Part shown: positions 8,665 through 15,931 of the stretch, one piece after another
Layout: every line of letters starts with the position of its first letter
Position numbering within the stretch: position 1 is the stretch's first letter
From: Anaerovoracaceae bacterium
GTDB lineage: Bacteria; Bacteroidota; Bacteroidia; Bacteroidales; Bacteroidaceae
Direction of reading: 5' to 3'
DNA length: 64,000 bases
Assembly (NCBI GenBank): GCA_963617965.1
Contig: CAVEQO010000006.1
Location: 1,504 to 65,503 of the forward strand
Notes under the pieces: generated by a model
Seen by the model: only the letters and a program-made list of their open reading frames with translations
What the model was told of the DNA's origin: nothing
The model's database searches: none
Position numbers and translations under genes: made by a program

Positions 8665-11600
8665 ATGAAACTTGTGAAAATATTGGCGGTATCGTTGTTG
8701 CTGGCAGCAAACGGCGTGAACGCCCAGGACATCAAGGTAGACTACAGTAAATATCCCGATGCCAAACCCTTTGCCGGGAGAAACGGGAAGAACGGTTCTC
8801 CTGCGGGAACAGCATCCGAGGGAACGGCGCGGAGCACCGGTTACAGGACAGGCAAGACACGCCCGGATCATGTCAACAATGCGCTGACCAAATTCTTCCC
8901 GCCCGTATTCAACCAGGACGGGGGGTCGTGCGGTTCGGCCCAGGCCGTGGCTTACTGCATGACATACGACATGAACGCCTACCGCAACGCCGACGCTTCG
9001 TATCCGGAGAACCAGTTGCCCACCCATTTCACGTGGCTGCACACATATGCCGGCATTGAAAAATATCCCATCATGAACAAACATGGAGTGCCGAACGTGA
9101 CCGACTACGGCGGTCGCACCTACAGCACATTGTTCGGCAACCAGGACACGGGGAGTTCTTTCTACGGTTATATGCAGGGCTATGACAAGTGGTACAGAGC
9201 CATGTTCAACCGCACGGTTGGCGGCGATACCTATTGCTCGCAGGACCAGTCTACAGAGACGGGGCGCGAGGAACTCAAGCAGTGGCTGTGGAACCATTGG
9301 GGTGACGAGTCTTTCTATGCTGGCGGAGTGTCGGGCATTGGCGTGGCCAGTGGCGGCCAGTGGGGCAGGATTCCCACAACGGCTGTCAACAAGGAGATTG
9401 GCGTGGCGGGCATGTACTGCGTGAGCAGTTGGGGCAAGACCTTTGACCACGCCCTTTCGGTTGTGGGCTACGATGACCGTATAGAATTTGACCTTGACTC
9501 CAACGGAGTCTACGGTGAAGAAGGCAAGGACGAGAAAGGAGCCTGGATCATCTGCAATTCGTGGGGTGCGGGCTGGTGCAACAAGGGCTTCATATACTGC
9601 CCTTACAAGTTCAGTGTTGCGGTGGGGACAAGCACCCTGCCATGGAATTCCGGCCACTATACGTGGCGCAAGGACTACGAGCCCAAGCGCGTACTCAAGA
9701 TCGTAATGGACTACAGCCGCCGTTCGGAACTGAGTTTCAGTGCGGGTGTAGCGGCCGACACCTCTGCGGTCAAGCCTGAGGTCACCGAGGTGATGCCGTT
9801 CTTCAACTATGCCGGTGACGGCAAGAAGCTGAGCCCCGCTCCCGAAGTGCCCATGCTCGGCAAGTGGCGCACAGGATACAACTACGAGCCGATAGAGTTC
9901 GGCTACGACGTGACCGATCTCACGGAAAACTATGACCTGTCCAAACCGCTGAAATATTTCTTCGTCATCAATTCCCGCTCCTCCGCCATAGGCGAGGGGA
10001 ACGTCTACAAGGTGTCGCTGATGGATTATGGCATTGAAGACGAAGGTCTGGAAATCCCTGCCCGTATGGACACGGTGGCCGTTCTCAACAACGGCGGGAC
10101 AACCATTGTGTCGGTCACGGTGGCCGGTCGCCAGTTCTATGCCCCGCTCAACACCTCCCTGTCCGGCAACAGGCTGACATGGAGTGCCCCGAAGCCCTCA
10201 AGCTATGACATTTCGCACTACTGCATATACAAAGGCAGCGAAAAGGTGGCAGAGGTACCCGGTTTCAGCCATTCGTATGTCGTTGACGATGAAACGGCCA
10301 CGTATTATGTGGCAACGGCCTACGGATACAAGGACTATGTGCTTCTGTCGCAGAAAAGCCTGCCCGCCCGCAATGCGGTGTCTTACTCACAGGAAGAGGG
10401 CAACAAGACGCTGCTGCTCGACAAGGCTTCGGTGGCGGTGCCCGGTGTGATGAAAGAGAAACTGCCGCAGGCGACCATTGAGTTCTGGATAAAGCCCAAC
10501 AGCATAGACGGCTTCTGCGACCAGATTGGCAGTGCGTGGGGTTCTTTTTTGATAACGATAAGCAAAAGCGGACAGCTCATGTGCGGGTGGGACGCTTCAA
10601 ACCGCATCACCACCTCGGCCAACACCATCAAAGCCGGGAACTGGTATCATGTGGCGGCCGTGATAGACAGGAACACGCTCACGGTGTATGTCAACGGAAT
10701 AAAGAAAGGAACTCTGATTTCCTCAGAGTTCAGCGGATTGCCGGCAATGGACGGGTTCTTCCTCGGCACTGCAGACGGGCTGATGGATGCCGAAATAGAC
10801 GAATTCCGCCTGTGGGCGTCTGCGCGCACAAACAGAGAGATCTTCACCAACAGGAACACCTACATAAGCTCTCCGTCGGCACAGTCGGAGCTGCAGGTAT
10901 ACTATCCCATGGAAACTTATGAAGACGGAGGCGTTCTCTATCTCAAGGACTTTGCTTCGGGCTGCGATGCACAGCTCAGCGGTGCAGTTACAGGCAGCGA
11001 CGAAACGATTATAACCGAAGCCGGCGTGCTGAAGACGGTCAGCTTCAGCACACCGGAGGACATTGTGTATGCGGGCGAGCCTGTGCAGTTCAGATCGGAG
11101 GCTTCGCTCAACACCGTGAAATGGGAATGGTCTGTCAAAGGTCTTGCCGATGCCGGTAGCACCGTCGCCAATCCGTATTTCACTTTCGCCGCCCCCGGTG
11201 AGTATGAAGTGACGGTCAAGACAGAGGACAGAGCCGGTGACACGGCGGAGTATACAGGTACAGTGACGGTGGTTCGCCCGGAAGCACCGAAGGCGGATTT
11301 TGACATATCAGCCGATACTCTGACGGAGGGCGAGATGTTCAGTTTCGCCAACAAGTCACAGGGGGCCAACTGCGTGTACACGTGGAGTCTGCCCGGAGCT
11401 GACCGCGAGGAAATAAACAGCGTGAACGCTCTCGTGGGCTATAGCAATACCGGCGTATATCCTGTCACCCTCACGGCATCCAACGCCGGCGGCTCAGACA
11501 GGATGACCAAATACGTGACGGTAATGCATACCACCCCGGGCGTGGCATTCTCCGTGGATCCCGATTTCCTGACACTCGGCGGCACGACATATCTTGCCGA

Positions 11601-12693
11601 TGCGACCCGTCATAACCCCGATTCATGGAAGTGGACGGTGACCAACGGCAAGCACACCACAGTAATCAACGGACAAAACTCATCGTACACACCCAAGCAC
11701 CCCGGTATCTACAGCGTGACCCTTGAAGCGTCCAACGACATGGGCACAGCATCAAAGACCGAAGAACAGAAGTTTGTCGTTGCCAACGCCGAGAGTTACA
11801 ATGCGCTCAATTTCACGGGTGGACAGCAGCTTGTGTCGTCTGCCAGTCTTTTTGCCGGAGGAACAAAGGCGTTTACAATTGAATGGTGGATGAACCCCTC
11901 AAGACAGACGGGCGCCCTCAATATGTCTACGTCAAACGGACAGATATTTGTCACCACGGACTACAACGGAAACATGACGGTGGAGGTCGGCGGCAAGAGC
12001 TGTAGTTCCGGCAACGGTTTTGTTGTAGCGGGAGAGTGGTGCCACTACGCCCTGACGTTCAATTTCGGGCTTGTAAAGTTCTACCGCAACGGGGAACTCG
12101 TTGCGACGGCGGCATCGCGCATAGGCACGTCTACGGGAGACTGGGGTCAGCTGACTATTGCCGGTGGTGAAAATCCGTTTGGCGGACAACTCGACGAACT
12201 GCGTATCTGGAGCAAGTGCCTTACGCTGTCGACCATGAAGGAAGTGATAAACGCGCCGTTGGACAATCCGGAGGTCCTCGCAGAATCCGGCGGTCTGGTG
12301 GCCTACTATGATTTCAACCAGAATGGCGGCAGCGTGAAAGACCGCTCCGGCAACGGTATTGATCTTGACCGAGTCGGCTTCGGTCCCGACGGCGATGCGT
12401 GGGGCCTGTCGAAAGGGGTCTTTACCCTTGATTTCGACACGTCCTCGCCCGACACGGAAGAAATAGACGCCGATGGCATTACCCATATCTATGATGCTGT
12501 CAAGGCGGGAGTCGCAGGCAAATATGCGGGCTTGCGGGGAGCAATACGCCTTGTGACGGAAAAGAAAGAAGATGTGCGTATATACAATGCCGCAGGACAG
12601 TGTGTGTTCAACGATGTTGTAGAGGGGGTTCATTGCATTCCGTTTGAGCCGGGCGCCTATATCGTCAACGGCATCAAGGTCATGGTAAGGTGA
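8665..12693 (+). CDS. secreted multidomain papain-like (C1 family) cysteine peptidase with LamG, PKD and T9SS C-terminal sorting domains
   Basis: The ATG at 8665 gives the signal peptide MKLVKILAVSLLLAANGVNAQ. The catalytic triad context is QDGGSCGS (Cys codon 8929..8931), DHALSVVGYD (His codon 9448..9450) and CNSWG (Asn codon 9556..9558). Two Laminin_G_3-like domains end in IDEFRLW and LDELRIW, separated by three PKD-like repeats at about 11038..11790. The C-terminus VRIYNAAGQCV...GAYIVNGIKVMVR resembles a T9SS CTD. Confidence 0.85.
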   Translation: MKLVKILAVSLLLAANGVNAQDIKVDYSKYPDAKPFAGRNGKNGSPAGTASEGTARSTGYRTGKTRPDHVNNALTKFFPPVFNQDGGSCGSAQAVAYCMTYDMNAYRNADASYPENQLPTHFTWLHTYAGIEKYPIMNKHGVPNVTDYGGRTYSTLFGNQDTGSSFYGYMQGYDKWYRAMFNRTVGGDTYCSQDQSTETGREELKQWLWNHWGDESFYAGGVSGIGVASGGQWGRIPTTAVNKEIGVAGMYCVSSWGKTFDHALSVVGYDDRIEFDLDSNGVYGEEGKDEKGAWIICNSWGAGWCNKGFIYCPYKFSVAVGTSTLPWNSGHYTWRKDYEPKRVLKIVMDYSRRSELSFSAGVAADTSAVKPEVTEVMPFFNYAGDGKKLSPAPEVPMLGKWRTGYNYEPIEFGYDVTDLTENYDLSKPLKYFFVINSRSSAIGEGNVYKVSLMDYGIEDEGLEIPARMDTVAVLNNGGTTIVSVTVAGRQFYAPLNTSLSGNRLTWSAPKPSSYDISHYCIYKGSEKVAEVPGFSHSYVVDDETATYYVATAYGYKDYVLLSQKSLPARNAVSYSQEEGNKTLLLDKASVAVPGVMKEKLPQATIEFWIKPNSIDGFCDQIGSAWGSFLITISKSGQLMCGWDASNRITTSANTIKAGNWYHVAAVIDRNTLTVYVNGIKKGTLISSEFSGLPAMDGFFLGTADGLMDAEIDEFRLWASARTNREIFTNRNTYISSPSAQSELQVYYPMETYEDGGVLYLKDFASGCDAQLSGAVTGSDETIITEAGVLKTVSFSTPEDIVYAGEPVQFRSEASLNTVKWEWSVKGLADAGSTVANPYFTFAAPGEYEVTVKTEDRAGDTAEYTGTVTVVRPEAPKADFDISADTLTEGEMFSFANKSQGANCVYTWSLPGADREEINSVNALVGYSNTGVYPVTLTASNAGGSDRMTKYVTVMHTTPGVAFSVDPDFLTLGGTTYLADATRHNPDSWKWTVTNGKHTTVINGQNSSYTPKHPGIYSVTLEASNDMGTASKTEEQKFVVANAESYNALNFTGGQQLVSSASLFAGGTKAFTIEWWMNPSRQTGALNMSTSNGQIFVTTDYNGNMTVEVGGKSCSSGNGFVVAGEWCHYALTFNFGLVKFYRNGELVATAASRIGTSTGDWGQLTIAGGENPFGGQLDELRIWSKCLTLSTMKEVINAPLDNPEVLAESGGLVAYYDFNQNGGSVKDRSGNGIDLDRVGFGPDGDAWGLSKGVFTLDFDTSSPDTEEIDADGITHIYDAVKAGVAGKYAGLRGAIRLVTEKKEDVRIYNAAGQCVFNDVVEGVHCIPFEPGAYIVNGIKVMVR

Positions 12694-12802
12694 CAACCTG
12701 TGCGAATTGCCGGCAAGACTGCATGAGAGGAGGGCTTTGGCGGCTGTCTGTACGCCATATCAGTTTTTTGCCGATTGATGGTGGTGTCTGAACATAAATG
12801 CT

Positions 12803-12810
12803 TAATTTTG
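12803..12810 (+). promoter_or_regulatory. candidate -7 box (TAATTTTG) upstream of the TetR gene
   Basis: Matches TAnnTTTG but lies 126 nt upstream of the ATG, implying a long leader. Confidence 0.3.
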
Positions 12811-12936
12811 CACAGTGGGAGAGGGGTGTGCAGTAGTCCTGCCGGAGCGAGTCTCCGGAGTTCTCGTGTTTCCGCCTTTTCCCACTTGGGCGGTCTTGTC
12901 CGCACCGAGGCATAAAACAAAAAAGGAAACTTCTGT

Positions 12937-13560
12937 ATGTCAACATCCAAAAAGAAAGCCCTCCTCATAGACGTGGCGCGCAAGCTGTTTGCGCAAAACG
13001 GTCTTAACGGCACGACAATGAACGACATTGCCAACGAGTCCGGGATTTCCAGACGTACGCTGTACGTCTATTTTTCAAACAAGGAGGAGATCTATTCTGC
13101 GGTGATAGAAACCGAAATAGAGCGTCTGTCTGACAAGATGGACGAGGTGGCTTCGCGCAACATTGATCCGGAACTGAAAGTAGCCACCCTGATATACACG
13201 CATCTCAATGCGGTAAAGGAAACCGTGGTGCGCAACGGATCGCTCCGTGCGGAGTTTTTCCGCAACATCTGGATGGTGGAGAAAGTAAGGAAAGCTTTTG
13301 ACCACGAGGAGCTTGAGCTTTATCGCCGTGTGATACAGGAAGGGTGTGAAACGGGGCAGTTTCATGTGGAGAGCATTGACCTCGTGGCCGATGTGATACA
13401 CTATTGCATCAAGGGGCTTGAGGTTCCCTATGTGTATGGGCGGCTTGGCAACGGCATGACTCTTGACGAGAGCCGTCCCATCGTGGTCAATATGGTCAAG
13501 CGGATGCTCGGCATCAACACCATGAAGCAGTGGGATGTGACAAAGTTCATCAAGGAATAA
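12937..13560 (+). CDS. TetR/AcrR family transcriptional regulator
   Basis: N-terminal HTH ARKLFAQNGLNGTTMNDIANESGISRRTLYVYF, 207 aa. Confidence 0.85.
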   Translation: MSTSKKKALLIDVARKLFAQNGLNGTTMNDIANESGISRRTLYVYFSNKEEIYSAVIETEIERLSDKMDEVASRNIDPELKVATLIYTHLNAVKETVVRNGSLRAEFFRNIWMVEKVRKAFDHEELELYRRVIQEGCETGQFHVESIDLVADVIHYCIKGLEVPYVYGRLGNGMTLDESRPIVVNMVKRMLGINTMKQWDVTKFIKE

Positions 13561-13639
13561 ACAATCCTTTGTGCCATAGGCTTTTTTCATTGGTACAAAG
13601 AGAAAACAGAGGATAAACAACAGAACAAACAAATTTATT

Positions 13640-14386
13640 ATGGGACTTTTAAGTGGAAAGACAGCTCTCGTTACAGGAGCGGCCCGCGGCATAGGCAAGG
13701 CCATTGCCCTGAGGTTCGCGCAGGAGGGGGCGAACGTGGCGTTTACAGACCTTGTGATTGACGAAAACGGCAAGGCGACAGAAGCGGAGATTGCTGCCCT
13801 CGGCGTGAAGTGCGTGGGCTATGCATCCAATGCTGCGGACTTCGGGCAAACCGAGGAGGTGGTAAACAAGGTCAAGGAGGAGTTTGGCTCCATTGATATT
13901 CTCGTGAACAACGCGGGAATCACGAAAGACGGGCTGATGATGCGTATGAGCGAGGCCCAGTGGGATGCGGTGATTGCCGTAAACCTCAAGTCGGCGTTCA
14001 ACTTCATCCACGCCTGTACCCCGATCATGATGCGCCAGCGAGGCGGCAGCATCATCAACATGGCTTCCGTCGTGGGAGTTCACGGCAATGCAGGCCAGTG
14101 CAACTATGCCGCTTCAAAGGCCGGACTGATAGCCTTGGCCAAGAGTATTGCCCAGGAGCTCGGATCGCGCGGTGTGCGCGCCAACGCCATTGCTCCGGGC
14201 TTTATAGAGACAGCCATGACGGCAGCTTTGTCCGAAGACATCCGCAAGGAGTGGATCAAGAACATCCCACTGCGCCGCGGCGGTCAGGTAGAGGATATCG
14301 CCAACACGGCAGTCTACCTCGCCTCTGACCTTTCAAGCTATGTTACCGGGCAGGTCATCCAGGTTGACGGTGGCATGAACATGTAA
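13640..14386 (+). CDS. fabG: 3-oxoacyl-[acyl-carrier-protein] reductase
   Basis: SDR with TGAARGIGKA cofactor motif, NNAG, and YAASKAG catalytic Tyr/Lys. The 248-aa product ends in VDGGMNM. Confidence 0.85.
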   Translation: MGLLSGKTALVTGAARGIGKAIALRFAQEGANVAFTDLVIDENGKATEAEIAALGVKCVGYASNAADFGQTEEVVNKVKEEFGSIDILVNNAGITKDGLMMRMSEAQWDAVIAVNLKSAFNFIHACTPIMMRQRGGSIINMASVVGVHGNAGQCNYAASKAGLIALAKSIAQELGSRGVRANAIAPGFIETAMTAALSEDIRKEWIKNIPLRRGGQVEDIANTAVYLASDLSSYVTGQVIQVDGGMNM

Positions 14387-14433
14387 GGGCTGTTGCCGAA
14401 CAATTCCGGTCTTCTCTGGTAAACAACTGTCCT

Positions 14434-15126
14434 GTGCAGGTAATTTACGAGGACAACCATATCATTGCCGTCAACAAGACGCCCGGTGAAATCGTGCAGG
14501 GCGACAAGACCGGCGACAAGCCGCTTTGTGAGTTGGTAAAGGACTACATCAAGGAAAAATACGCCAAGCCCGGCAAGGTTTTCCTTGGTGTAGTCCATAG
14601 GCTTGACAGGCCTGTGAGCGGAGTGGTGGTGTTTGCACGCACGAGCAAGGCACTGCCGCGCATCAACTTGCTGTTCAGCCGCGGGGAGGTGGAGAAGACT
14701 TACCTTGCCGTTGTTGCCAACAGACCGCCGCAGGACGAGGGGGAGATTGTGTCGTGGCTCGTTCGCAATGAAAGGCTCAACAAGTCGTTCGCCAGCCAGG
14801 AGGAAACTCCCGGAGCCCGTCTTGCGCGCCTGCGCTACAGGCTTGTGGAGTCTACAGGCAGATACCACCTCCTTGCCGTGCGGCTGCTCACGGGCCGCCA
14901 TCACCAGATAAGATGCCAGCTTTCGTCGATAGGATGCCCCATAAAGGGAGACCTGAAATACGGTGCGCCGCGCAGCAATCCAGACGGCAGCATATCGCTC
15001 CATTCTTGGAGGACAAGGTTTGAGCATCCCGTATCGCATATCAGGCTTGACCTTGTCGCCAAATGTCCCGACACGGCTCTCTGGAATGCGCTGGTCCGGA
15101 ACCTTGACAGCAACCTGACACTGTAA
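14434..15126 (+). CDS. RluA family pseudouridine synthase (no S4 domain)
   Basis: GTG start. Motifs NKTPGEIV, HRLDRPVSGVVVFA (catalytic Asp) and TGRHHQIR. Confidence 0.8.
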   Translation: MQVIYEDNHIIAVNKTPGEIVQGDKTGDKPLCELVKDYIKEKYAKPGKVFLGVVHRLDRPVSGVVVFARTSKALPRINLLFSRGEVEKTYLAVVANRPPQDEGEIVSWLVRNERLNKSFASQEETPGARLARLRYRLVESTGRYHLLAVRLLTGRHHQIRCQLSSIGCPIKGDLKYGAPRSNPDGSISLHSWRTRFEHPVSHIRLDLVAKCPDTALWNALVRNLDSNLTL

Positions 15127-15140
15127 ACGCAACACAAAAG

Positions 15141-15854
15141 ATGGACAGGACTCTTTCCATTATCATTCCTTCCTACAACGAGGGTGCGAACCTTTATGCT
15201 GTTCTTGAAAAGGTACAGAAGGTGGAACTGCCATACGGCATAGGGAAAGAGGTGATCGTGGTTGATGACGGTTCTACTGACAGCACGCCGGAATATGCCA
15301 GAGAATATATAGGGCAGAACCCCGGCTGCAACATCCGCCTCCTCCGCCACGGTGTCAACCGGGGCAAGGGCATGGCCATACGCACAGCCCTCAGGGAACT
15401 GACGGGCGACATTGTCGTGATACAGGACAGTGACGAGGAACTCGACCCCAATGACATCGCCTTGATGTTGAAGAAAATGGAGGACGAAAATCTTGAAGTC
15501 CTCTATGGCTCAAGGTTTCTGGACAAGAGTGGCAACGGGTCGCTTTACCGTTCGTTTTACTACGGGACCAAGGTTTTGTCGTGGCTTGTCAATGTGCTGT
15601 ACGGACAGCGTATCACCGACGAATCCACGTGTTACAAGATGTTCCGCACAGCATTGCTCCGCTCCATTCCGCTCAAATGCCGGGGTTTCGAGTTCTGCCC
15701 CGAGGTGACGGCCAAGGTTGCACGCCGGGGGCTGAAGATAAAGGAAATGCCGATCAGCTATTATCCGCGTACCATGGCGCAGGGAAAGAAAATACGTGCC
15801 AAGGACGGGCTCTACGCCATCTGGTGTTTGCTCAAATACCGCTTCGTCGAATAA
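15141..15854 (+). CDS. family 2 glycosyltransferase (polyprenol-phosphate glycosyltransferase-like)
   Basis: LSIIIPSYNE N-terminus, VVDDGSTD, and the DSD acidic motif in QDSDEELDP. 237 aa. Confidence 0.8.
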   Translation: MDRTLSIIIPSYNEGANLYAVLEKVQKVELPYGIGKEVIVVDDGSTDSTPEYAREYIGQNPGCNIRLLRHGVNRGKGMAIRTALRELTGDIVVIQDSDEELDPNDIALMLKKMEDENLEVLYGSRFLDKSGNGSLYRSFYYGTKVLSWLVNVLYGQRITDESTCYKMFRTALLRSIPLKCRGFEFCPEVTAKVARRGLKIKEMPISYYPRTMAQGKKIRAKDGLYAIWCLLKYRFVE

Positions 15855-15879
15855 CAAGTTTACGGTTCAGCTTCGCCTG

Positions 15880-15931
15880 TTCTGAAAAGATGAGACGCGC
15901 TCCCGCGGGAGCGCGTCTCATCTTTTCAGAA
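15880..15931. terminator. bidirectional terminator palindrome between convergent GT2 and Wzc genes
   Basis: Perfect 52-nt palindrome TTCTGAAAAGATGAGACGCGCTCCCGC / GCGGGAGCGCGTCTCATCTTTTCAGAA. The right arm overlaps the Wzc stop codon. Confidence 0.75.

Noticed and set aside
12680-12946. Small intergenic ORFs (88 aa here; 70 aa at 57221..57433; 81 aa at 51038..51283)
   Set aside because: They overlap promoters, terminators or leaders of flanking genes. They lack start-proximal promoter boxes and have unremarkable, non-protein-like composition.
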